Source: Spirochaetia bacterium
GTDB lineage: Bacteria > Spirochaetota > Spirochaetia > CAKZLE01
Reading direction: 5' to 3'
Assembly: GCA_963677595.1 (NCBI GenBank)
Contig: OY782041.1
Location: 736,001-800,000, forward strand
DNA: 64,000 nt
The notes under the pieces were generated by a model. The model made no database searches. It worked only from the letters and a program-made list of their open reading frames with translations, and was not told the DNA's origin. Position 1 is the stretch's first letter, and each line of letters starts with the position of its first letter. A program made the translations under genes and the position numbers. Shown here piece after piece: positions 40,879 through 49,437 of this stretch.

Positions 40879-42401
40879 GCTTCAGCTCCTACTGCTGTCT
40901 CCCCTGTCACGATCGCGTAGAGTTCATCAGCATTGGTAGTGGTGGAATCCTCGATCTCGCGGATGATCCTCCCGCCCGACATCAGGAGGACGCGGTTGCA
41001 GTTGTCGAGGATCTCCTGGATCTCGTCCGAGATCATGATGATCCCCATGCCCTCCCGGGCAAGGTCCCTGATGATGTCATGGATCGTATGCTTCGACCCG
41101 ATATCGATGCCGATCGTCGGTCCGTCGAGAATGAAGACCTTCGGGTCGATCGCAAGCCATTTGGCAAGGACGACCCGCTGCTGGTTGCCTCCCGAGAGGC
41201 TGTTCGCAGGGTTGGCGCCGGTCGGGGTCTTGATCTGGAGCTTCTTGATCCAGTCATCCCCGGACTGCGTCCTCTGCGAGGTATTGAGCAGCCCCACCTT
41301 CCCGAGGAAGCGCTTGAGGATCGTGATGACGATGTTGTCGCTGATCGACTGCTCGACGAAGAGGCCCTGGTTGAGCCGGTCCTCAGGGAGGAGCGCGATC
41401 CCATGAGCCATGGCATCACGGGGACTGGTTATCGTCACCTCGGTACCGTTCATGGACATGGTGCCGGTATCGGGTTTGTTCAGCCCGAAGATCGCCTGGA
41501 CGACCTCGGTCCTGCCCGAGCCGATGAGGCCCGTGATCCCGAGGATCTCCCCCGGCTGCAGGTCGAAGCTGATATCGCTGAACTGCCCCTCCCTGCTGAA
41601 ATCCTTCACGGAGAGCAGGGGGGAAGACTGCTTCATCTTCTCATCATAGATATACGGCCGGAACTCGAGCTTCTTCCCCGTCATGATATAGACCAGCTTG
41701 TCATGGTCGAGTTCAGAGGTCGGGTATACCCCGACGAGCTTCCCATCCCGTATGATAGTGATGTTCTCCGAGATCTCGAAGACCTCGCTGAGCTTATGGC
41801 TCACGAACAGGGTCGCGATCCCCTTGGCCTTCAGCTTATGGATGATCGAGAAGAGATGGTCGACCTCTTCCTTCGTAATGGCCGAGGTAGCCTCATCCAT
41901 GATGATCAGCCGTGCGTTCTGGGTCATCGCCCTCGAGATCGCCACGATCTGCTTCTTTGCCATGGAGAGGTTCTCAACCCGCTCATCAAGCGGCAGGTCC
42001 TCGCCGATCTCGGCAAGGGCAGCCCGTGCGGTCTCGTGTATCTGCTTCCAGCTCACCGTCTGCTTATTACTCTCAAGCATCTGGTTCACCGCGATGTTCT
42101 CTGCTACGGTGAGGTTCGGGAACAGCGAGAGGTCCTGGTAGATGATCTGGACCCCTGCACGGATCGACTCGATCGCCTGTGACCCATGCAGCTGACGACC
42201 ATCGATCTCGATGGTACCTGAATCAGCAGTATGGACACCGCCTATGATCTTGATCAGTGTTGACTTCCCCGACCCGTTCTCCCCGATAAGGCAGTGGATC
42301 TCACCTTTGGAAATCTGCAGACTCACATCATCAAGGGCCTTCACACCGACGAAGGACTTGCTGACATGCTCTGCCTTAAGAAATATATCTGACATACTCA
42401 C
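40875..42401 (-). CDS. Sugar ABC transporter ATP-binding protein (CUT2, tandem ABC domains)
   Basis: GENGSGKST, VSHKL, LSGGNQQRV. Confidence 0.94.
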   Translation of the reverse strand: MSMSDIFLKAEHVSKSFVGVKALDDVSLQISKGEIHCLIGENGSGKSTLIKIIGGVHTADSGTIEIDGRQLHGSQAIESIRAGVQIIYQDLSLFPNLTVAENIAVNQMLESNKQTVSWKQIHETARAALAEIGEDLPLDERVENLSMAKKQIVAISRAMTQNARLIIMDEATSAITKEEVDHLFSIIHKLKAKGIATLFVSHKLSEVFEISENITIIRDGKLVGVYPTSELDHDKLVYIMTGKKLEFRPYIYDEKMKQSSPLLSVKDFSREGQFSDISFDLQPGEILGITGLIGSGRTEVVQAIFGLNKPDTGTMSMNGTEVTITSPRDAMAHGIALLPEDRLNQGLFVEQSISDNIVITILKRFLGKVGLLNTSQRTQSGDDWIKKLQIKTPTGANPANSLSGGNQQRVVLAKWLAIDPKVFILDGPTIGIDIGSKHTIHDIIRDLAREGMGIIMISDEIQEILDNCNRVLLMSGGRIIREIEDSTTTNADELYAIVTGETAVGAEA

Positions 42402-42482
42402 TCCTAGTCTCGTACAAACTCATACCATATTACAGAAGAGGAGACCCAGGTACTGGATCTCCTCATCCTTCTATTTCATGGA

Positions 42483-43523
42483 TTAGAGCATATAGCTTCC
42501 ATCAGAGTTGGTCCAGTCGCTCAGGTTATCCTTGTTGACATCGACCCATGCCTGTCCGTAGACGACCGGCACACCATCAGCATTCTTCTTGATGATAATA
42601 CTCTCGTATCCAGGAACACCAAGGTCGATCCCTTCCTTGATCTCCTCGCCCTTGAGCATCATGTATGCGAGTTTCGCAGTTGCGTAACCGGCATCAGCAG
42701 GTACCCAGAAGTGGATTGACTTGGCAGCACCGCTCTTGAGGTAGTCGCCTGCGACTGACGGCAGACAGGTACCGAATGCGGCGACCTTACCGATCAGGCC
42801 CTTCTCCTCGATCGCTGCAGCAGCACCAGGAACGGTACTCATGGCAGAACCCATGACAGCCTTCAGGTCAGGAGTCTTCTTGAGCAGTTCAAGGGTCCTC
42901 TCGTAGGCGATCTGCTGGTTCTCCTGGTCCTCTTCCCGGTTGGCGGGCTTCACGAGGTTGGGGTACTTCTCAGCCATCTGAGCCATCTCACCATCGACCC
43001 ACTGGTTGTGTGTCGGTGAGGTCAGGAAGCCTACGAAGGGCTGCCAGATGCCTTTCTCGCCCATCCAGGCTGCCATGACATCCATCATATGGCGTCCATA
43101 CGCTTCGTTATCGAATGCCTCGAGGTCATAACTTACCTGTTTCTGGTTAGAAGCCTCGTGGGTGAAGGTCAGGATACCAGCCTCGTTGGCTTTCTTGAAT
43201 ACCGGTACGAGTGACTCAGGATCGTTCGGAACGACAAGGATCGCATCCACGCCCTTGGCGATCAGGTCATTGATGATAGCGACCTGTGCAGCAGGGTCTG
43301 CGGTATCAGCACCGACCTGGTATGCATGCACATCATCATACTCTTCATTGAACTTCTCGATTCCCAGTCTCATGTTGTCGAACCATGCGACTCCTTCAAG
43401 CTTGACTACCATAGCGATCTCGAACACATCACTATCTGCGGCAGCTTCTTTCTGTCCTCCAGCAAAGATGATCCCGGTGGATGCAACCACTAAGATCAGC
43501 ATCAGTAACACTAGTCTCTTCAC
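42483..43523 (-). CDS. Sugar ABC substrate-binding protein (LsrB/RhaS-like clade)
   Basis: Signal peptide ..FAGGQKE; VVK..G..WF, DPAAQV..I.DLIA.GVDAI; AGGAGG before GTG 43523. Confidence 0.88.
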   Translation of the reverse strand: MKRLVLLMLILVVASTGIIFAGGQKEAAADSDVFEIAMVVKLEGVAWFDNMRLGIEKFNEEYDDVHAYQVGADTADPAAQVAIINDLIAKGVDAILVVPNDPESLVPVFKKANEAGILTFTHEASNQKQVSYDLEAFDNEAYGRHMMDVMAAWMGEKGIWQPFVGFLTSPTHNQWVDGEMAQMAEKYPNLVKPANREEDQENQQIAYERTLELLKKTPDLKAVMGSAMSTVPGAAAAIEEKGLIGKVAAFGTCLPSVAGDYLKSGAAKSIHFWVPADAGYATAKLAYMMLKGEEIKEGIDLGVPGYESIIIKKNADGVPVVYGQAWVDVNKDNLSDWTNSDGSYML

Positions 43524-43863
43524 AAACAGCCTCCTAAAAAATGTTGAAAAAGAAATGTCGAGCAGTCCTGCACAGCCGTCAGGCACCTCCTTCCGGTCGG
43601 GCAGTCCTCCTTACCTCCTAAGTATCTCCCGTGAAACCAGATTTGTCAAATGTTAATTTCAAATATTTAGATTTACATTTGTTAATCCAATCACGATACT
43701 TCCTGATACCATACAGGTCCTCAGATACTCCATCATAGAACCGTTAAAATCCCAAGTCAAGAAAATTTTATATAAATTTTCAACTATTTTTATATAAACT
43801 TTTTTCTTGTTTTACCTATAATTTTAGTTTACACTATGGCCTAGGATACGAATTGGGGAAGAT

Positions 43864-44925
43864 ATGAAGATTACAATCAAAGATATAGCACAACAGGCAG
43901 AGGTCTCCGTCTCTGCCGTCTCACTTGCCCTCAACGACAAGCCGGGGGTGAGCCGGGAGACGAAGGAGAGGATACTCGCGATCGCCCAGGAGATGGGGTA
44001 CGAGTTCACCGCTCGGGACACGTCAGGAGCTGAGGCCGTAGTACGACTTCTGAAGATCCAGCGCCACGGCCATACGATCAACGCAAGCCACAATATCTTC
44101 ATAGATGACTATATCGACGGGATCAACTCGATCGCATCACGATCGGGGATCACCCTGGAGATCGCGACCTACCATACCGACACATCTATCGAAGAGATCG
44201 CTGAGATCATGGGCAGGAACACCCAGACGAAGGGGTACCTGATCCTGGGTACCGAACTGAGCGCCTCTGATGTCACGACCCTGATCGAGACCGGCAAGGA
44301 TATCGTCTTCATGGACACCTTCATCGACTACATCCCCGCCGACTTCGTTGATATGAACAATACCGATGCCGTCTACAAGATCGTCACCTACCTAGTCGGC
44401 CACGGGCATACCGAGATAGGCCTGATCACCAGCAGCGTCCCGACGAGGAACTTCTACCTCCGTGAGCAGGCCTTCTACCAGGTGATCGAGCACCTCAGGC
44501 TCCCCTATATGGACCAGTACATCGTGGATGTAGATTCCACCTTCAACGGGGCCTATGAGGATATGAAGCGGTACCTTGAGGGGACCCCCACCCTGCCGTC
44601 AGCCTACTTCGTCATCAACGACATCGTGGCACTCGGCTGCATGAAGGCCCTCCAGGAAGCAGGCTATGCCATACCCGACGACATCTCGCTCATTGCCTTC
44701 GACAACCTGCCGATGGCCACGATGGTCTTCCCTGCCCTCACGAGCATCGATGTCTCCAAACGGAAGATCGGACAGAATGCCCTGACGATACTCCTCTCCA
44801 AGTCAGAGCACAATGAGAGCGCCCCGCCCATCAAGATGCTCATTGGGGGAGAGCTCGTCGAACGGGACAGCGTAAGGACCCTTGAAAAAGCAAAGCAAAT
44901 GACCCCCTCGGAATGTTCGTTTTAA
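43864..44925 (+). CDS. LacI-family transcriptional regulator
   Basis: TIKDIAQQAEVSVSAVSLALN, IPDDISLIAFDN, P.LTSI. Confidence 0.94.
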   Translation: MKITIKDIAQQAEVSVSAVSLALNDKPGVSRETKERILAIAQEMGYEFTARDTSGAEAVVRLLKIQRHGHTINASHNIFIDDYIDGINSIASRSGITLEIATYHTDTSIEEIAEIMGRNTQTKGYLILGTELSASDVTTLIETGKDIVFMDTFIDYIPADFVDMNNTDAVYKIVTYLVGHGHTEIGLITSSVPTRNFYLREQAFYQVIEHLRLPYMDQYIVDVDSTFNGAYEDMKRYLEGTPTLPSAYFVINDIVALGCMKALQEAGYAIPDDISLIAFDNLPMATMVFPALTSIDVSKRKIGQNALTILLSKSEHNESAPPIKMLIGGELVERDSVRTLEKAKQMTPSECSF

Positions 44926-45164
44926 CCCCAAATAATCCAGCAAACTGCTCCAGCCATTGAACACTTGGCAGGAGCAAGACTATTATTTAAATTGTAATCA
45001 TTATAATCTACTTTACATTTATGTACTAATCATTATAGAATACTCAGGATTAGGCATATGCATAGCATGATGTACCTGTCCCGTGATTCGGTAAATTCAA
45101 AAAGTCATACAGCATACACACACTACATTCATGCGGAAGCAGGATGTAAGTAAGGGGGATAAGC

Positions 45165-47513
45165 ATGGCTAGCGACAATCGGGAATCACGAATGTTGGAC
45201 TTTGCGAGGACCTTCTCCGAGATGGACAGGGAGCAGATTTTCCACTTTGCCGGTATCCTCTTCAACATCTCGGAGAAGATCGGGTTCGAGAACAACGTGA
45301 ACAGGATACTCGAGACTGCCGGGAAGTACCTCAATGTGAGCAGGGCCTACATCTTCGAGGATGACCTGACGCACAACTTCACCAGCAACACCTTCGAGTG
45401 GTGTAATGAGGGGATAGAGCCGCAGATCAATGAGCTTCAGCAGATCCCGTATGAGATCATCGCCTACTGGCCAGAGACCCTGAAGAATCAGAACATGATC
45501 TTTACCCACGATATCCACAGCCTCCCCGATGCTGTGGTGGAGATCCTAGAACCCCAGAGTATCCGCTCCATAGCGGTATACCCCCTGAGGGTAGATGATG
45601 ACCACCAGCTCATCGGATTCATCGGCTTCGATGAATGCACGAGGCAGAGGGTCTGGACGAATAGCGAGCTCACCTACCTCGCTATCACAGCCCGGATCCT
45701 CTCATTGCTCTACGACCAGATCAGGCAGGAGGTTCGACTCAACCAGCTCTTCGATGACCACCCCTATGCCCAGATCTTCTGCAGGGAAGAGGACCTCGGG
45801 ATCGTTGATGCCAACCAGGCATTCCTTGATCTGTGCGGGTACAGCAAGGAGGAGGTCCTGGGTCTCTCCGGCTGGGATTTCGGGCTCTTCGATTCCGGCA
45901 CGAACAAGGACGAACTCCTCACGTACCTGAAGGGGCATGAAACGTTCAGGATCTTCGAGAGCAGGTTCTACTCGAAGGACGGGACCATGTTTACCGGCCT
46001 CTTCGCGGGGCAGATGATCGAGCTCTCCGGGGTCAGGTCCTGGCTCATCGTCATTACCGATATCTCCAAGCGCAAGAAACTCATCGCCGATATCGAGGAG
46101 CAGAAGAACCGCTTCGAACAGATCATCGACGCGACCGGTGTCGGCACCTGGGAGTGGGAGGTCAAGACCGGGAAGGTGACGTTCAATGAGGAATGGGCCA
46201 ACATGCTCGGCTATACCCTCGAGGAGCTTCACCCAATCTCGATAGAGACATGGTTCAGCCTCATGTATCCTGAAGACAGGCCTGAGAGCGACAGGCTGCT
46301 TCAGGAACACTTCAGAAAAGTCACCCCCTGGTATGAATGCGACATCCGCATGATTCACAAGGACGGAAACCTGGTCTGGATCAACGACAGGGGAAAGGTC
46401 ACACAGTGGGATGAAGAAGGGAACCCTGTCAGGATGTTTGGCACCCATACGGACATCACCGTCAGGAAGCAAGAGGAACTCGACCTTGAGGACTCGTTCA
46501 ACTCCCTCATGGAAGGAGCCAAGAACAAGTCCGAGTTCCTCTCCCAGGTCACCCATGAGTTCAAGACCCCGCTGAACATCATCCACAGTCTCAGCAGCCT
46601 CCTGCTCGACATGGAACTGACCGAGACGCAGAAGAACTACCTGCGGAAAATCGAGAAGTCCGCGAATGAGCTCTACGGGTCAGTCTCGAACCTCTTCGAC
46701 CACACAAGGATCGAGGCAGGAAGATTCATCACAAGCTCATCCGACCTCTCCTTCACAGACCTCTTCTCCGAGATAGCTGATTCATTCAGCTTCACCAGTG
46801 AGGATACAGGACTCCCGCTTCTGAGCGAGATCGATCCAGGGCTGCCCGAGTGGATCCATTCAGACGGGACCATCCTGAAACACATCATCACGAACCTCAT
46901 CGGTTTCGCCTTCAAGAATGCGAGAAAGGGAACGGTCCACCTGATCGCGAAGAAGTCAGCCTCCGGAGACCGGCTGCTGCTGACGATACTGTTCAGGGGA
47001 GGAAGGGAGAATCAGGCACTCATACAGTCTCTGGTCAGTGAGGATCCCCTTACCTATGAGGCAGGATTGAGCATGCTCACCACGAAGGAGCTGGTGAACG
47101 TGCTCGGTGGAAGGCTCACCGGGGAACAGATCGGAGCAGAGACGACCCGTCTCACCGTCGATTTCCCCCTGGTGTCGGGACGCAAGGAGAATACCAGGAC
47201 GACCGGGACACCTCCTCTTCCTGACCAGGGAATCACTCTTGCAGGCCCAGCCGGCACCCCGAAACAACCCAGCAGCGAGGAACTCCTCAGCATGGTGACC
47301 GACCTCACGGACTTCAAGGAGACCATCGCCCTCAATGACCCTGCGGCAGCCTCGCGAACCTTCAACAGGCTGCTTGAACAGGAATACTTCAGGGACCTTC
47401 TCGGACAGATTACCAGGGATGAGATCACGCACTGCATCAGGAGCTATCGTTTCGCGGAACTGCAGGACCTGGTCTCAGAGCTGATTGACGGGTTCAGGGG
47501 GGTGCAGAGATGA
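45165..47513 (+). CDS. GAF-PAS-PAS sensor histidine-kinase-like protein with degenerate ATPase domain
   Basis: GAF (SNTFEWC), PAS/PAC (G.WEW, GTHTDIT), H-box VTHEFKTPL; N/G boxes eroded. Confidence 0.85.
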   Translation: MASDNRESRMLDFARTFSEMDREQIFHFAGILFNISEKIGFENNVNRILETAGKYLNVSRAYIFEDDLTHNFTSNTFEWCNEGIEPQINELQQIPYEIIAYWPETLKNQNMIFTHDIHSLPDAVVEILEPQSIRSIAVYPLRVDDDHQLIGFIGFDECTRQRVWTNSELTYLAITARILSLLYDQIRQEVRLNQLFDDHPYAQIFCREEDLGIVDANQAFLDLCGYSKEEVLGLSGWDFGLFDSGTNKDELLTYLKGHETFRIFESRFYSKDGTMFTGLFAGQMIELSGVRSWLIVITDISKRKKLIADIEEQKNRFEQIIDATGVGTWEWEVKTGKVTFNEEWANMLGYTLEELHPISIETWFSLMYPEDRPESDRLLQEHFRKVTPWYECDIRMIHKDGNLVWINDRGKVTQWDEEGNPVRMFGTHTDITVRKQEELDLEDSFNSLMEGAKNKSEFLSQVTHEFKTPLNIIHSLSSLLLDMELTETQKNYLRKIEKSANELYGSVSNLFDHTRIEAGRFITSSSDLSFTDLFSEIADSFSFTSEDTGLPLLSEIDPGLPEWIHSDGTILKHIITNLIGFAFKNARKGTVHLIAKKSASGDRLLLTILFRGGRENQALIQSLVSEDPLTYEAGLSMLTTKELVNVLGGRLTGEQIGAETTRLTVDFPLVSGRKENTRTTGTPPLPDQGITLAGPAGTPKQPSSEELLSMVTDLTDFKETIALNDPAAASRTFNRLLEQEYFRDLLGQITRDEITHCIRSYRFAELQDLVSELIDGFRGVQR

Positions 47514-48622
47514 CAGGGAACAAGACCATCCTCATCGTGGATGACGTCATAGAGAACATCGACATCCTGATCGGCATCCTTGAGGGGAGCTACCGGATCC
47601 GGGTCGCGACCTCAGGGAAGGAAGCCCTTTCCCAGGTACGGAAAGAGCAGCCTGACCTCATCCTCCTCGACTTCATGCTTCCTGACATGAGCGGGTACGA
47701 TGTCTGCAGGGAGATCAAGGCGAACGAGGAGACTACTGCGATCCCGGTCATCCTCACATCTTCATATACGAACATCCAGAACGAGGAGCTCGGCCTGCGT
47801 GTCGGAGCTATCGATTTCATCTATGAGCCCTTCGTCTCTGACCTTGTCCGGATTCGGGTGCAGAACCACCTGCAGATCTATGATAAGCACCGCGAACTCG
47901 AGGATGAGGTCTCTCGAAGGACCAGGAAAATCCAGCAGGTCCAGGATGCCATGATCGCTTCCTTCGCGTTCATGACCGAAGCCAGGGACCAGGAGACGGG
48001 TGACCATATCTTCCGTACCCAGCAATACTTCGAGATCCTCGCAGAAGAGGTCTACTCCTGCAGGCCGGGCCTATTCAGCTTCGAGTCCATCAAACCCATG
48101 GCCCTTTCGAGCTCCCTCCACGACATCGGGAAGATCGGGATCCCGGACCAGATTCTGCTCAAGCGGGGACCGCTCTCACCCGAGGAGTTCGAGATCATGA
48201 AAGGACACCCGAGGATCGGCGGGGAGATTCTGAGGAAGACCAGTGAATACCTCGGGGGCAAGGAGAACGACTTCCTCCTCTTCGGCAAGGAGATCTCTTC
48301 CTGCCACCATGAACGGTGGGATGGGACGGGGTACCCCAACGGGTTGAAGGGAGAGAGAATCCCCATTTCGGCACGGATCATGTCCATTATCGACGTCTAT
48401 GACGCCCTGCGTTCCGAACGGCCATACAAGAGGGCCTTCTCCCATGAGAAATCGATCTCAATCATCTTTGAGGGTGACGGGAGGGTACAACCTGAACATT
48501 TCGATCCCCTCATCCTTGAGGCTTTCTCCAACCTTGAACCGGTTATGGAGAGGATCTCCTCCGCTGCCCATCCAAGCCAGTATAGCAAGGACAGCGAGAA
48601 AGTCTTCAATGTGAACATCTGA
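47510..48622 (+). CDS. Response regulator with HD-GYP domain (RpfG-like c-di-GMP phosphodiesterase)
   Basis: ILIVDD, DLILLD; HDIGKIGIPD, HHERWDGTGYP, DVYDAL. Confidence 0.93.
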   Translation: MTGNKTILIVDDVIENIDILIGILEGSYRIRVATSGKEALSQVRKEQPDLILLDFMLPDMSGYDVCREIKANEETTAIPVILTSSYTNIQNEELGLRVGAIDFIYEPFVSDLVRIRVQNHLQIYDKHRELEDEVSRRTRKIQQVQDAMIASFAFMTEARDQETGDHIFRTQQYFEILAEEVYSCRPGLFSFESIKPMALSSSLHDIGKIGIPDQILLKRGPLSPEEFEIMKGHPRIGGEILRKTSEYLGGKENDFLLFGKEISSCHHERWDGTGYPNGLKGERIPISARIMSIIDVYDALRSERPYKRAFSHEKSISIIFEGDGRVQPEHFDPLILEAFSNLEPVMERISSAAHPSQYSKDSEKVFNVNI

Positions 48623-48684
48623 CCTACTATACCCATTCATGCCAACCAATGAGTTTCATCTGCTATAGGGGTATGCAAGGGCAC

Positions 48685-48780
48685 AAAAAAAACCCCTCAG
48701 GGAAAAGGAGGTTAAAAACCCTGAGGGGAACATCAAAAGGAGGTCGATGAAAAAAGTCTTATGCTCTTTCATAACAATAA
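48685..48780 (-). ncRNA. Candidate small RNA with two anti-Shine-Dalgarno loops
   Basis: Two hairpins each displaying ACCUCCUUUU; the last has a 10-bp stem plus U8; no ORF. Confidence 0.55.
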
Positions 48781-48873
48781 CAACGTCCTGCCACAAAAGG
48801 TTACAAAAAAACTTTTTCAACAACTATATAAATAAGTTATCTTTGCCGGATAACTGATTTAACTTTGTTTCGC

Positions 48874-49437
48874 CTATAACATAGTCATAACCGAAAAATA
48901 AATCAAGTACCTGCAACACATTTTCACACTTTTTTTATCGAATGAAAACTGCTGCTTCAAACACTATACATAGCGTAAGATTCTTCTTCCTACGCTATAT
49001 GGTCAATTCTTCATGGAAAAGGGCTGTCTGGTATTCTCCAGGACATCCCTCCAGAGGCTCCCCTCGATCTTGACCCTGTTGCGTTCTGCAACAGCTACCC
49101 GGATCGGGATATGCACGAACTTGTTGTTCAGGAGGCTGATCAGGGTCCTCGTCTTTCCCGCCATGGCAGCGTGGACCGCATGGGCCCCGAGCCGTGAGCA
49201 GTAGATGGAATCGTTCGGGTTGGCAGGGGCACTTCGGATGATGTAGCTCGGGTCGATGTACTTGATGTTGACCTCGATCTCCTCATCATCGAAATACTGC
49301 GCGATCCTCTCCTTGAGGTACTCCCCGATGTTCACCAGCTTCTTGTTTCCTGAGGCATCGGTCTCCTTCGTCTCCTCGAGCAGGTTCTGTCCTGCTCCCT
49401 CAGCGACGAGGATGACGGCATGGTCCCGGTCGAGGAT
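48874..49437 (+). repeat. 564-bp direct repeat, left copy (identity extends 3 bp to 49440)
   Basis: CTATAACATAGTC...GTCGAGGAT(CCG), identical by eye to 51596-52159(52162), constant offset 2722. Confidence 0.95.
49003..49437 (-). pseudogene. Duplicated 3' fragment of pfk
   Basis: Encodes the same C-terminus as the ORF ending at 51725; truncated at the IS end. Confidence 0.92.

Noticed and set aside
42437-42464. Hairpin after the SBP gene
   Set aside because: Typical mRNA-stabilising stem-loop of ABC operons; not unusual.
48782-48793. Sigma54-like TGGCA...TTG upstream of the candidate sRNA
   Set aside because: Spacing is off by one and the -12 GC is missing.
49003-49335. Apparent second pfk paralogue (110 aa)
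   Set aside because: Identical 3' fragment inside the IS target duplication; lacks the catalytic N-terminus.
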